From Nitrospirota bacterium (lineage in GTDB: Bacteria > Nitrospirota > Thermodesulfovibrionia > Thermodesulfovibrionales > JdFR-85): a DNA stretch of 64,000 nt. The stretch spans positions 65,551 through 129,550 of the forward strand of contig JAYWMQ010000006.1 of NCBI GenBank assembly GCA_035873375.1, in the 5' to 3' direction. This document shows positions 47,201 to 56,819 of the stretch, one piece after another; positions within the stretch are counted from its first letter, which is position 1; every line of letters starts with the position of its first letter. The notes below the pieces were generated by a model. It was not told the origin of the DNA, did not search any database, and saw nothing but the letters and a program-made list of their open reading frames with translations. A program made the translations under genes and the position numbers.

Positions 47201-48294
47201 CTGCACCTCACACTGTCAACATCAATGCCGTATATATGCCCCTCCTTCATCTCAGCCCTGAGTAGTGCTACGGGATTTATTGCAGGACCCTTTACAGTAC
47301 CCGAAAAGCCGGCAAGCCCCTGCAGAGGAACATTTTCTTTAAGAAGCTCCATAAGGGTTTCAAGATATATACTGCCCTTTACGTCAAGGTTAAAGGATAA
47401 CCCTTGCAGAAAAGACAGGACAGGGGCAGGATTTTCGGGTTTCTTGGTTTTATTGACGGCTCCGGCCTTCCACCGAACCTCTCCACTTGCAGTTATGCTG
47501 CCCGTGCTATCTTTTTTGAGTAAAAATATATCTGATAATGTCTCTATTGATACATCTGTTCTTATCGTACCTTCGAAGACGTTGTTCTCCAGTTGTCCTT
47601 TCAGGTTTAGGAAAGAGTCTCCGCTTTTAAACTCAAGGGTTTTTAACCGGACGCTGTTATCTGAAAGTGATAACAGCATATGCAGGTTTCCATTGATGAC
47701 ATCCCTGTCTTTTTGTGTAATTTTGAGCTCTGCGTCCCTGAGGTTCAGAGATCTCCGTTTCATATTTCCTTCAGCCCTTATGTTATGAAGAGAAATAACG
47801 ACTCCCTTTTCAGGATCGGAGACACTGATGCTTCCATTTTTCAGCAGTATGCTTCCAAGCTTTATCTTCCAGCCCGATGTTTCAACCCCTGTTTTTTTTG
47901 CAGTCATTAATCCGGCTGCACCCTTCAGAGCCTGAAGCGCAGTTCCATATTGAAGGCTGTCAATGGCAACAAGGGAGACGTAAAGTTCACGGCGCAGAAG
48001 CGGCAGAAGCTCAATATAAAACCTGGCTTTTTTTATTGAGAGGGTCTCTTTCCCTTCTTTGTCAGATACCAAAAGATTGTCAACACCTGCAAAAGGGGGA
48101 AACAGGTTTATGTATATCCTCTTGGCTGTAACCCTCTGACCGGAAACACGGGAGAGTTCGGGCAGTATTATTCTCTTCAGGTGGTTTGACATAAAAGGGG
48201 ATCTTATATAAAAAAATGCCCCGGTTATGAGGATCACCAGGACAAATATGGATGTAAATAAGAGTACCTTTTTCCTTTTCACTGAAAATATCAC
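44203..48294 (-). CDS. tamB: Translocation and assembly module protein TamB (AsmA-like, DUF490 C-terminus)
   Basis: 1363 aa. N-terminal membrane anchor, a long beta-rich body, and a C-terminal ...LYVTYTTSLG...SLRVEFFLSDNISLVGERDELGTIGADIKFRVEFR, typical of TamB. Confidence 0.85.
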   Translation of the reverse strand: MIFSVKRKKVLLFTSIFVLVILITGAFFYIRSPFMSNHLKRIILPELSRVSGQRVTAKRIYINLFPPFAGVDNLLVSDKEGKETLSIKKARFYIELLPLLRRELYVSLVAIDSLQYGTALQALKGAAGLMTAKKTGVETSGWKIKLGSILLKNGSISVSDPEKGVVISLHNIRAEGNMKRRSLNLRDAELKITQKDRDVINGNLHMLLSLSDNSVRLKTLEFKSGDSFLNLKGQLENNVFEGTIRTDVSIETLSDIFLLKKDSTGSITASGEVRWKAGAVNKTKKPENPAPVLSFLQGLSFNLDVKGSIYLETLMELLKENVPLQGLAGFSGTVKGPAINPVALLRAEMKEGHIYGIDVDSVRCRLLYKEKVLQFYDGKVSAYNGSAAVGVNIYLSRPTRFTLKVQAESLDSHNILKLIKWDPGLPPGSVTGLLQSEGRAFEPWGTFQYRAFQTDRNRGVNGKSSETSFLKKIKKASGSFRMKGHVLTLTDIKASSSRTRLATEGFLDFGKGILRLKALASTENLNEVYYKEGIIKGTGQFEGNVTGLIEDPVISGNASLCNFFYLNRPLGCLDALISYRKRGLTINSLEGKLKDTAYTLMGTVKTLESELFTFDKPEFSLSGTFSRLHLDNLKKWIALKSAPMEDQGFPEITDEAEGILSGDFRITGPLNNVILDGHAETEELKIKSIYADMKTDFKYSRSGFNLSNLVFTKGTSFLKGSFFISSTGVIKSDEFTLSLVSNDIAGKLPRGLRLRGDLKVSGSLKSPEGEFNGMIEVITDRGATGKDTEPSIQSDLGDIHLRLKNRELTLEVRLFRKQVSIAGSMAMSGELPWRARIDVKEGLYDDLILLFSKDVFSKDIPEDLFLSLRGEINLSGTSRSVMGRVLLKSLKLNLYGQNFTNTEDIMLTIDGSKIEFNSFSLRTGLAALSINGNLDLEKGYDMTINGRAYLSPLEGFISGLEYIRGYSDFVLAIRGKWLDPVISGGLSIEETSLAVTGIPNRFSSIKGYIYIDENRIVLDTLSGRFASGNIRIRGVGQLKGLKLRNYHLEGVVKNINLYLEEGVSFKLSGDLVLAKKQEGIYLIGDLRVLKGRYTRNIEWRSWILSAKKPALQKKQYGLLDTIELNINLYGDEDIIIDNNLATAPARIDLVILGTLKNPSLIGRVELKGGKIFFRNNEFTIINASADFTDPARINPFFDIVASTRVKDYQIHLSLEGYAEQFNLSLSSEPMLDEIDILSLLTVGELGTKLKGFEGGIGASEAASFLTGKLQETLEERLRNITGFDRIQVEPYVSEITGTIGPKITVSKRLLTDRLYVTYTTSLGNAPEQSLRVEFFLSDNISLVGERDELGTIGADIKFRVEFR

Positions 48295-48558
48295 TCTCTT
48301 TTAAGCCCAGAGGCTACCTCTATTTTTATCCACCGTTATGAGCCTTTGGTACATAATGGTTTCATTCAACCCTCTATCACTCCCGTGTTTTACCTCTGCA
48401 TCTTGTGGCAGTGATATATTATGGCATTTTTGACTGAAAGAAGTCAGAGAGAAAATGTGGAAAATATCCTCCGTGTTTTCATTTTGGAGGCTTCTTATCT
48501 ATAATAGATGTGGTTGCAACAGGAGGACCATAAAATAAAAATCATACCGGAGGGTTCT

Positions 48559-49749
48559 ATGGTATCGGAGAGAGCAAAGAGGGTCAAACCCTCACCAACA
48601 CTTGCTATGGATACAAAGGCAAAGGAGATGAAGTCACAGGGTATCGATGTGATAAGTTTCGGCGTCGGAGAGCCGGACTTTGATACACCTGATAATATAA
48701 AAGAGGCTGCCATCAAGGCGATAAGGGATGGTCATACAAAGTACACCCCTGTTGGAGGAATCCCCCAGCTTAAGGATGCAATAGCAGAAAAGCTCCTCAA
48801 GGATAACGCTCTTTCCTATAAAAAAGAGGAGATTATAGTCTCATGTGGAGCAAAACACAGCCTCTATAATATAGCCCAGGCCATACTGAGTCCGGGAGAT
48901 GAGGTTGTCATACCGTCCCCATACTGGGTCTCTTACCCGGCACAGGTACTCCTGAATGACGCAACCCCTGTTTTTGTCAGGACCCGGGAGGAAGATGGTT
49001 TTATGGTTAATCCCGATGAACTGAAGGAGTATATTACCGAGAGGACAAAGGCCATCATACTGAACTATCCGTCTAATCCCACCGGCCTTGGTTATGACCG
49101 TTCAACCCTTGAGGCAATTGCAGATATTGCTGTGAAGAACAATATCTGCATCATCTCTGATGAGATATATGAGAAACTGCTTTATGACGGTGCCGAGCAT
49201 ATCAGTATTGCCTCTCTGTCAGAGGAGGTGAAGGCATGTACAATCCTGGTAAACGGTCTTTCGAAATCTCATGCCATGACAGGATGGAGAATCGGCTACA
49301 CGGCAGGGCCGGAAGATATCATTAAGGCCATGACCAAGATTCAGAGCCAGTCCACCTCCAACCCTGCATCTATTGCCCAATGGGCGGCAGTTGAGGCATT
49401 GAATGGACCTCAGGATTTTATCAGGACAATGGTGAAAGAGTTTGACATAAGAAGGAGGTTTCTTGTTGAGGCCCTGAATAATATAGAGGGGATACAGTGC
49501 GGTCTTCCCACAGGCGCCTTTTATGTCTTCCCGAATGTCTCCGGAGTACTTGGCAAGGGATACGAAGGCAGGGTAATAGAGGATTCTTCAGCCCTTGCAC
49601 TTTATTTCCTGGAAGAGGCCGGGGTTGCCCTTGTGCCCGGCAGTGCATTCGGGGCCGAGGGGTATATCAGGATATCGTATGCAACGTCTATGGAGAATAT
49701 CCGCAAGGCTGTAGAAAGGATTGGAGAAGCCATTGAAAAACTCTCCTGA
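48559..49749 (+). CDS. Aspartate/aromatic aminotransferase (class I PLP)
   Basis: GEPDFDTP...YTPVGG...NPSNPTG...SKSHAMTGWRIGY. Start at ATG 48559 behind GGAGGG. Confidence 0.9.
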   Translation: MVSERAKRVKPSPTLAMDTKAKEMKSQGIDVISFGVGEPDFDTPDNIKEAAIKAIRDGHTKYTPVGGIPQLKDAIAEKLLKDNALSYKKEEIIVSCGAKHSLYNIAQAILSPGDEVVIPSPYWVSYPAQVLLNDATPVFVRTREEDGFMVNPDELKEYITERTKAIILNYPSNPTGLGYDRSTLEAIADIAVKNNICIISDEIYEKLLYDGAEHISIASLSEEVKACTILVNGLSKSHAMTGWRIGYTAGPEDIIKAMTKIQSQSTSNPASIAQWAAVEALNGPQDFIRTMVKEFDIRRRFLVEALNNIEGIQCGLPTGAFYVFPNVSGVLGKGYEGRVIEDSSALALYFLEEAGVALVPGSAFGAEGYIRISYATSMENIRKAVERIGEAIEKLS

Positions 49750-50632
49750 GAAAGCTTTCCGCTCCGGCTACGTCTCCATACTGGGAAGACCCAATGTAGG
49801 GAAATCCACTTTTCTCAACGCCATCCTCGGAGAGAAGGTTGCCATTGTAACAAGCAAACCCCAGACAACGAGAAACAGGATAATCGGAGTCAAGACAACC
49901 CCGTCAGCACAAATCGTATTTATTGATACCCCCGGCATACACAAGCCAATGGGAAGGCTGGGTGAATTTATGGTGAAAGAGGCGATGGAGAGTCTCAAGG
50001 AGGTTGATATTGTCCTCCTTATGGTTGAACCGCAAAGGCCGGGGACTGAAGAGACAGCAATAATCGACCTCTTTAAACAGAGGAAAAACCTGACGGTTTT
50101 TTTGCTGATCAACAAGATAGACATAATCAGGAAAAGTGAACTCCTTCCCATCATTGAGAAATACAATCTGCTTTATCCTTTTGATGAAATAATCCCGGTG
50201 TCTGCCGTAAGGGGAGACGGCCTTGATATTGTCCTCGGGAAGATAGTTAATCGCCTGCCGGAAGGGCCAAAATACTATCCCGATGACATATTTACAGACC
50301 AGCTTGAGCGGTTTATGGTGGCCGAAATAATTCGTGAAAAAATAATGAACCTTACAGAGGAAGAGATACCCTACTCAGTGGCAGTGGAGGTGACTCAATG
50401 GGAAGAGAAAGAGGATATGATAGTAATCAATGCCAACATATATGTTGAAAAAGAGAGCCAAAAGGGTATAATAATAGGTAAGAGAGGTGCAATGCTGAAG
50501 GCCATTGGTACTGCTTCGAGGAAGGAAATAGAGGGTTTGCTTAATACAAAGGTTTATATGGAGTTGTGGGTCAAGGTTAAAAAAGACTGGAGAAAAAAAA
50601 CAGGTACATTGAGGGAATTAGGGTACCGGTAA
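49721..50632 (+). CDS. era: GTPase Era
   Basis: GRPNVGKST, DTPG, NKID, and a C-terminal KH domain with IIGKRGAMLK. Confidence 0.95.
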   Translation: MEKPLKNSPEKAFRSGYVSILGRPNVGKSTFLNAILGEKVAIVTSKPQTTRNRIIGVKTTPSAQIVFIDTPGIHKPMGRLGEFMVKEAMESLKEVDIVLLMVEPQRPGTEETAIIDLFKQRKNLTVFLLINKIDIIRKSELLPIIEKYNLLYPFDEIIPVSAVRGDGLDIVLGKIVNRLPEGPKYYPDDIFTDQLERFMVAEIIREKIMNLTEEEIPYSVAVEVTQWEEKEDMIVINANIYVEKESQKGIIIGKRGAMLKAIGTASRKEIEGLLNTKVYMELWVKVKKDWRKKTGTLRELGYR

Positions 50633-51084
50633 TGCTGATCCAGATGAAAGTAGAAGGACTTCTTTTTGACCCGAGAAGCGGGATGTACATCCTGCTTCTT
50701 AAGGAGATCGACGGTGCTCAGACGCTCCCGATCTGGATCGGAAAGCCGGAAGCGGACTCCATCGCCCTTGCCCTTGGACGGGTTATAACACCAAGACCAC
50801 TGACCCATGATCTCCTGAAAAACATCCTCACAACCCTTGATGTCGGGATATCAAGGATTGTGGTTACGGATATAATAGACAACACCTATTATGCCAGCCT
50901 TTACCTGCTTGACGGCAGCAAGGAGATACCTGTGGATTCAAGGCCAAGTGATGCCGTTGCCATAGCATTAAGGCTTCATGTGCCCATATTTGTTGAAGAT
51001 GATATACTTGAAAAGAGGAACACTGACGAGCTGGAGGAGTGGCTGAAAAACCTGAAGCCCGAGGATTTCGGAAATATAATGTAA
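50632..51084 (+). CDS. Bifunctional nuclease family protein (BFN/DUF151)
   Basis: LPIWIGKPEADSIALAL...PRPLTHDL...DSRPSDAVAIALR. Confidence 0.8.
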   Translation: MLIQMKVEGLLFDPRSGMYILLLKEIDGAQTLPIWIGKPEADSIALALGRVITPRPLTHDLLKNILTTLDVGISRIVVTDIIDNTYYASLYLLDGSKEIPVDSRPSDAVAIALRLHVPIFVEDDILEKRNTDELEEWLKNLKPEDFGNIM

Positions 51085-51136
51085 AGCCCGGGGCCTTGCT
51101 CCAGTGGCAGGCTTTCAGACGGCATTTATCTGAATA

Positions 51137-51877
51137 ATGATAAAAAAGACCGAAGGCATCGTCCTGAGAAACAGACCCCACCATGATGCTGACCTTATTG
51201 TAACCTATCTAACCCCCTCTCATGGAATACTGAACCTGTATGCAAAAAGCCCAAGGAAAGTCGGCAGCAGGTTCGGCAGTAGCCTGGAGCCCCTCACCTA
51301 TGCAAGGATAAGTTGCTTTGGCAAGGAGCAGGCTGCCCTTCCAAGACTGACTCAGTCTGACATTGTAAGGACATTTAATGTACTCAGGGAGTCCACGGAC
51401 TCCTTCATCAGGATATCCGAGGTGCTTGAACTGACACTGCGACTCCTTCCGGAGAGAGAACCCAACCGTATGGTTTTCCCGCTCCTCCTCAACATGCTTT
51501 TATCCCTTGAAAGAGAACCGGGGAATTCACTGTATGTAACCTTCTATAAACTGAGAATCCTCTCGCTTGCAGGCTTTGCACCAAGGGTGGGACAATGTGT
51601 AAGGTGCGGGAGAATAGCCGGAAGGTTTTACTTCAGCGAAGGAAGCACCGTCTGCAGGAGTTGTGCAGGTCCGGCTGACGGTTTTATGGAACTCAGCCCG
51701 CCTGTGCAGAGGGTCTACAATTACCTCATGAGAACCGGGCCTGCAACGGTCAGGCGGTTGAGGTTGACCGAAGAGATACACTCAGGGCTTGAAGCACTGA
51801 TAAACTCTCATATAAACTATACTGTAGTGGGAAAACTGAATACGCGAGAATATGCAGAAGGACTGAAGGCCCTGTAG
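51137..51877 (+). CDS. recO: DNA repair protein RecO
   Basis: N-terminal OB fold (TEGIVLR...) and zinc motif CVRCG...CRSC. Confidence 0.85.
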   Translation: MIKKTEGIVLRNRPHHDADLIVTYLTPSHGILNLYAKSPRKVGSRFGSSLEPLTYARISCFGKEQAALPRLTQSDIVRTFNVLRESTDSFIRISEVLELTLRLLPEREPNRMVFPLLLNMLLSLEREPGNSLYVTFYKLRILSLAGFAPRVGQCVRCGRIAGRFYFSEGSTVCRSCAGPADGFMELSPPVQRVYNYLMRTGPATVRRLRLTEEIHSGLEALINSHINYTVVGKLNTREYAEGLKAL

Positions 51878-51988
51878 TAATTCTTGTTATTTCTCCATGT
51901 TTTTCAGGATTTCAATATCATAAATCATTCAATTTAGGTTAAAATTACCTCTGTAAATCATATACTGCTAATAAGATAAGAGGATGCA

Positions 51989-52438
51989 ATGAAAGGCAAA
52001 CGGGAGACCATAAAAAACCTTATATCCATTCAGGAGAGGGTGAACAGGTTATTTGAGGATGTTTTTGCTGATACTGAGGCAGCAGGGGAGGGCCAGTCCG
52101 TTTCCTGGTCTCCACGGGTGGATATCTATGAAACAGGTGATGAGTTTGTTGTAAATGCCGAACTTCCCGGAGTGAAAGAGAAGAACCTGGATATCAAGGT
52201 TGAGGGTAATGCCCTTGTGATAAAGGGTTACAGACCTCATATTCATGATTTGTCCTCGGAGGAAACCGGGGGGAAATACCACATGGTCGAATGCACATAT
52301 GGTGCATTCAAGAGGTCTTTTCTGCTTCCTGAAAGCGTTGATGCCGGGAAGATCACGGCCCTGCTCAAGGATGGGATTCTCAGGATTGTGTTGCAAAAAA
52401 AATCAAGAGATATTGCACAAAATATAAGGATAGATTGA
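51989..52438 (+). CDS. Hsp20/alpha-crystallin small heat-shock protein
   Basis: WSPRVDIYETGDEFVVNAELPGVKEKNLDIKV...F.R.F.LP..VD...I.A...DGIL.I. Confidence 0.9.
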   Translation: MKGKRETIKNLISIQERVNRLFEDVFADTEAAGEGQSVSWSPRVDIYETGDEFVVNAELPGVKEKNLDIKVEGNALVIKGYRPHIHDLSSEETGGKYHMVECTYGAFKRSFLLPESVDAGKITALLKDGILRIVLQKKSRDIAQNIRID

Positions 52439-52447
52439 AGGCATGGC

Positions 52448-53023
52448 ATGTTGAGTGCAAAACTGGGACATTTCCTTGACAAACCTCTAAAACCTGTTGC
52501 AAGGCGAATAAGGTTAACACCGAATTTTTTTACTGCTGCAGGCTTCCTGATTACAGTCATAGCAGCCGTCACAATACCATATAGCCAGAAGACCGGAGGC
52601 GTACTGATACTTCTTGGCGGTGCTTTTGATGTGCTGGATGGCGTAGTGGCAAGGACAAACGGAAAGGTTACGGACTTTGGTGCCTTTCTCGATTCTGTGC
52701 TTGACCGTTACTCGGATGCCTTTCTCTTTCTTTCCATTGCCTGGTACATGGTGCTTCAGGGAGAGGAAACAGGGGTTTTTCTCAGTATCGGAGCCCTTGT
52801 AGGTGCCTTCCTTATCAGTTATGCAAGGGCAAGGGCAGGGGCGCTTGGCAGGAATTGTCATACCGGCATTATGGAGAGGCCCGAGCGTATAATTCTTATT
52901 GCTGTGGCCTGTTTTACAGGCTATTTCCTGCCGATTCTCTGGCTGCTCTTTATCCTCACTCACCTTACGGTTATTCAGAGAGTCATTCATGTAAAAAAAG
53001 AGTGTCTCAAACAAAAGACTTAA
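52448..53023 (+). CDS. CDP-alcohol phosphatidyltransferase family protein
   Basis: DVLDGVVARTNGKVTDFGAFLDSVLDRYSD, i.e. DGxxAR...G...D...D. Confidence 0.85.
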   Translation: MLSAKLGHFLDKPLKPVARRIRLTPNFFTAAGFLITVIAAVTIPYSQKTGGVLILLGGAFDVLDGVVARTNGKVTDFGAFLDSVLDRYSDAFLFLSIAWYMVLQGEETGVFLSIGALVGAFLISYARARAGALGRNCHTGIMERPERIILIAVACFTGYFLPILWLLFILTHLTVIQRVIHVKKECLKQKT

Positions 53024-53130
53024 AGTCCTTTTTCCCGCCGGTAATCCCGGAGATTTCCGCTCCTGTATACACATAACCCGGCCATCGGGTATAATAAATT
53101 ACAGTTTCAGATTCTCGTCAAAGTCGTGTT

Positions 53131-53952
53131 ATGGGACCAAACTTTCTATGTATCGGGACCTATCGTGCCGGGACTACCTGGCTCTATAGGGTGCTTAAGG
53201 AACATCCGGATATCTTTCTTCCTGATGAGAAGGAGCTGATGTTTTTCAGTCATCATTACGACAAGGGTATCGGATGGTACGAAAAGTTCTTTGAAAGCCG
53301 CCATGGACAGAAGTGTGCCGGAGACATATCACCGACATATCTGAGTTCACCACAGGCAGCCGCACGCATTTACAGGCACTTCCCTGATGTGAAGCTGATC
53401 GTTTCACTCCGTAATCCTGCGGAGCAGGTATATTCATTGTATAAATTGTGGCTGGCCAGGAGTTATACTGACAAGGATATCAGTATTGCCATTGAAGAGG
53501 AGAAAGAGTTTCTGGACAATATCCTCTACTGGAGGCATTTGTCGAGGTATCTGGAATTCTTTGATCGGAAAAACATCCTGGTCCTGTTTTTTGAGGACCT
53601 GAAAGAAGACCCTAAGGCATATCTCAAACAGGTATACGGGTTTCTGGGGGTTGAGGAGCGTTATCCGGAGAGTATCTATGAAAAATACAATCAATACAGA
53701 AAGCCACGTAATATGATAGTGGAAAATATCATAACCGGTACCGGCGACCTGCTTCGCCGGCTGAGGCTTCTTAAGTTCAAGTCGCTTCTCAATAATATCG
53801 GTGTCAGTGAGTGGATAAAGAAGTTTAATACCAGGAAAGAGAAAAAGGACGAGATGCCCGGAGAGGTTCGCAGCCGTATTAATGAATATATAAAAGACGA
53901 CAAACGCAGGCTTGAAGAGTTTGTGGGTAGGGACCTCTCTTTCTGGAGATGA
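53131..53952 (+). CDS. Sulfotransferase family protein
   Basis: 5'-PSB-like GTYRAGTTWL and 3'-PB-like SLRNPAEQVYS. Confidence 0.8.
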   Translation: MGPNFLCIGTYRAGTTWLYRVLKEHPDIFLPDEKELMFFSHHYDKGIGWYEKFFESRHGQKCAGDISPTYLSSPQAAARIYRHFPDVKLIVSLRNPAEQVYSLYKLWLARSYTDKDISIAIEEEKEFLDNILYWRHLSRYLEFFDRKNILVLFFEDLKEDPKAYLKQVYGFLGVEERYPESIYEKYNQYRKPRNMIVENIITGTGDLLRRLRLLKFKSLLNNIGVSEWIKKFNTRKEKKDEMPGEVRSRINEYIKDDKRRLEEFVGRDLSFWR

Positions 53953-53964
53953 CCGGAGCTGATT

Positions 53965-54723
53965 ATGCCTATTATTCTTGTTACCAACGATGATGGAATA
54001 CATTCTGAGGGACTCATGGCCTTGTACAGGGCCATGGGGGATATTGCAGATGCCTATATTGTAGCGCCTGACAGGGAAAAGAGTGCTGTCAGTCATGCCC
54101 TCACCATGCACCGGCCCCTCAGGGTTGACGAGATAAAGGAAAAAATCTATACCGTAAACGGGACCCCTACCGACTGTGTTGTAGTAGCGGTTGAAAAGGT
54201 TCTTCCTGAAAAACCCGTTATGGTAATATCAGGCATAAATCGCGGTGCAAACCTTGGTGATGACATTACCTATTCAGGGACGGTCTCTGCTGCAATAGAG
54301 GGTACGATATTCGGTATCCCTTCTGTGGCGGTCTCCACAGTCCTTACTGATGAGAAGACTATCTGTTTTGAGGCAGCTGCAAACTTCTCCAGGAGACTCG
54401 TCAGATTTGTTCTTCAGGGCGGGCTTCCGCCGGACACAATCCTTAATGTAAATGTACCGGATCTCCCGGAGGATGAAGTGAAGGGCATTAAATTCACCAG
54501 GCAGGGTAAAAGGGTATATGATAATGCGATCCATGAGACCCTTGACCCCTGGGGGAGAAAACATTTCTGGATAGGCGGGGGCATACCTTCATGGGAAGAA
54601 GGCAATGACACGGATTTTAATGCTGTTACCAACGGATATATCTCGATAACCCCGATACATCTTGACCTCACCAATTACGAGGCACTGCCCTATCTGAGGG
54701 GAAACTGGAGGGACCTTGCCTGA
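53965..54723 (+). CDS. surE: 5'/3'-nucleotidase SurE
   Basis: ILVTNDDGIHSEGL...SGINRGANLG.D..YSGTV.AA.E. Confidence 0.95.
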   Translation: MPIILVTNDDGIHSEGLMALYRAMGDIADAYIVAPDREKSAVSHALTMHRPLRVDEIKEKIYTVNGTPTDCVVVAVEKVLPEKPVMVISGINRGANLGDDITYSGTVSAAIEGTIFGIPSVAVSTVLTDEKTICFEAAANFSRRLVRFVLQGGLPPDTILNVNVPDLPEDEVKGIKFTRQGKRVYDNAIHETLDPWGRKHFWIGGGIPSWEEGNDTDFNAVTNGYISITPIHLDLTNYEALPYLRGNWRDLA

Positions 54724-56107
54724 TACCAAAAAACTTTATGACGTTATAGTTATCGGGGCCGGACCTGCCGGTATCTTTGCAGTGCTTGAACTGCTGAAAG
54801 ATACACCTCAAACAAAGATACTGCTGATAGAGAAGGGCAGGGACATAGACCGGAGAAAGTGTCCGATGATGCAGGGAACGAGTTCCTGTGCATCATGTGC
54901 CATATGCGACCTGCTGAGCGGATGGGGTGGGGCAGGGGCTTTCAGTGACGGCAAATTAAGCCTCTCCTCCGAGGTGGGTGGTCACCTTGTCAGGTATATG
55001 GATAAAGAGACCCTTGAGGGTCTTATCAAGTATGTGGACGATGTGTACAGGCAATACGGTGCTCCTGAAAAGGTATTCGGTGAGTCACCGGAGGAGATAG
55101 ACAGTATAAAAAACCTTGCATCAAAAAACGACCTTCTCTTCGTTCCCACAAGGATAAGGCATATCGGTACCGAGCGGTGCAAGGAAGTTCTGGAACGGAT
55201 GCGGGTATATATTAATGAAAAAATTGACGTGATATTCAACAGGAAAGTAACAAGGATTCTTACTGATGGTAATAAAGCCACAGGAGTAAAAGTAATTACC
55301 GGTGAAGAGTACAAAGGGCGGTTTATCCTGTCGGCGCCGGGCCGTGAGGGGTCAAGATGGCTTGAGAGGGAGGCCAAGAGACTGAAACTGACTCTTCTGA
55401 ATAACCCCGTGGATGTGGGCGTACGGGTTGAGGTGCCTGCATCCGTCATGGAACCGCTCACCTCTGTCACCTATGAACCAAAGCTTATTTATTACTCAAA
55501 GGCATTTGATGACAGGGTCAGGACCTTTTGTGTCAATCCCTATGGAGAGGTTGTCAAGGAATACCTCAAAGGCATCTGGACGGTAAACGGCCACAGCTAT
55601 GCACGCCACAAGACAGGCAACACGAACTTTGCCCTGCTTGTAAGTACCTATTTCACAGAGCCTTTTAAAGAGCCCATATCCTATGGCCGATACATTGCGC
55701 GCCTTGCCAATTTTCTGGGACAGGGGGTTATTGTACAGAGGCTCGGTGATCTCAGACGGGGCAGGCGTTCAACTCCTGAGCGGATATCCTCAGGCATTGT
55801 GGAGCCCACGCTTAAGGATACCACTCCCGGAGATCTCAGTTTTGTTCTCCCCTACAGGTACCTTACCGATATACTTGAGATGATAGAGGCCCTTGACCGT
55901 ATAGCCCCGGGTGTTAACTCAAGACATACCCTGCTCTATGGGGTGGAGGTCAAGTTCTATTCAATGCAGATAAAGCTTACTCCGGAGTTTGAATCGGAGA
56001 TAGAAAATCTCTTTGCCATAGGTGATGGTGCAGGGGTGAGCCGGGGCCTTATCCAGGCCTCTGCATCAGGCGTGATGGCAGCAAGGGCAGTTCTTAAGAG
56101 GATGTAA
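54716..56107 (+). CDS. FAD-dependent oxidoreductase (COG2509-like uncharacterised dehydrogenase)
   Basis: YDVIVIGAGPAGIFA dinucleotide motif. C-terminal FAIGDGAGVSRGL. Confidence 0.75.
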   Translation: MPDTKKLYDVIVIGAGPAGIFAVLELLKDTPQTKILLIEKGRDIDRRKCPMMQGTSSCASCAICDLLSGWGGAGAFSDGKLSLSSEVGGHLVRYMDKETLEGLIKYVDDVYRQYGAPEKVFGESPEEIDSIKNLASKNDLLFVPTRIRHIGTERCKEVLERMRVYINEKIDVIFNRKVTRILTDGNKATGVKVITGEEYKGRFILSAPGREGSRWLEREAKRLKLTLLNNPVDVGVRVEVPASVMEPLTSVTYEPKLIYYSKAFDDRVRTFCVNPYGEVVKEYLKGIWTVNGHSYARHKTGNTNFALLVSTYFTEPFKEPISYGRYIARLANFLGQGVIVQRLGDLRRGRRSTPERISSGIVEPTLKDTTPGDLSFVLPYRYLTDILEMIEALDRIAPGVNSRHTLLYGVEVKFYSMQIKLTPEFESEIENLFAIGDGAGVSRGLIQASASGVMAARAVLKRM

Positions 56108-56752
56108 ATGACGGATTATGAAGAGCTGAGAAGACTGATGGTTGATACCCAGCTTATCCCCAGGGGGATCAAGGACCAGCGTGTACTGAAGGCAATGCTG
56201 AAGGTCCCGCGTCACCTCTTTGTGGATGAGCCCGTCCAGTACAAGGCATACGATGACATGGCACTTCCGATCGGGGATGGTCAGACCATATCCCAGCCCT
56301 ACATGGTTGCCCTAATGACCGAGCTTCTTGAATTAAAGGGCAATGAGCGGGTGCTTGAGGTCGGGACAGGTTCAGGATATCAGGCAGCCATACTTGCCGA
56401 GCTTGCCGCAGAGGTCTACTCCATTGAACGAATGGAGCGCCTGGCACTCAGGGCCCGGGAGCGTCTCAGAAATTTAGGCTATGACAATGTACACATAATA
56501 ACAGGTGACGGGACTGCGGGATTGCCTGAAAAGGCCCCTTTTGACAGGATTATCATAACTGCCGGCACTCCACAGTTACCCGAGCCCCTCAAGGAACAGC
56601 TTGCCGACAATGGCATCCTTGTAGCCCCTGTTGGTGCAAGATTCAGTCAGCAACTGATCAGACTCAGGAAAGAAAAAGGCAAAATAACAGAGGAATATCA
56701 CACTCCGTGTGTATTTGTACCCCTGGTGGGTGAATATGGCTGGAAAGAATAA
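56108..56752 (+). CDS. pcm: Protein-L-isoaspartate O-methyltransferase
   Basis: VPRHLFV...QTISQPYMVA...VLEVGTGSGYQAA. Confidence 0.95.
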   Translation: MTDYEELRRLMVDTQLIPRGIKDQRVLKAMLKVPRHLFVDEPVQYKAYDDMALPIGDGQTISQPYMVALMTELLELKGNERVLEVGTGSGYQAAILAELAAEVYSIERMERLALRARERLRNLGYDNVHIITGDGTAGLPEKAPFDRIIITAGTPQLPEPLKEQLADNGILVAPVGARFSQQLIRLRKEKGKITEEYHTPCVFVPLVGEYGWKE

Positions 56753-56819
56753 GTGGATATATGATAAAATTTAAAACTGAACTAAAACTAAATCAGTCTT
56801 CCAAGGAGTTGAAGAGAAC

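Noticed and set aside
53434-54111. A 225-aa minus-strand ORF spanning the sulfotransferase/surE junction.
   Set aside because: It is antisense to two well-supported genes with canonical motifs, and its own sequence has none.
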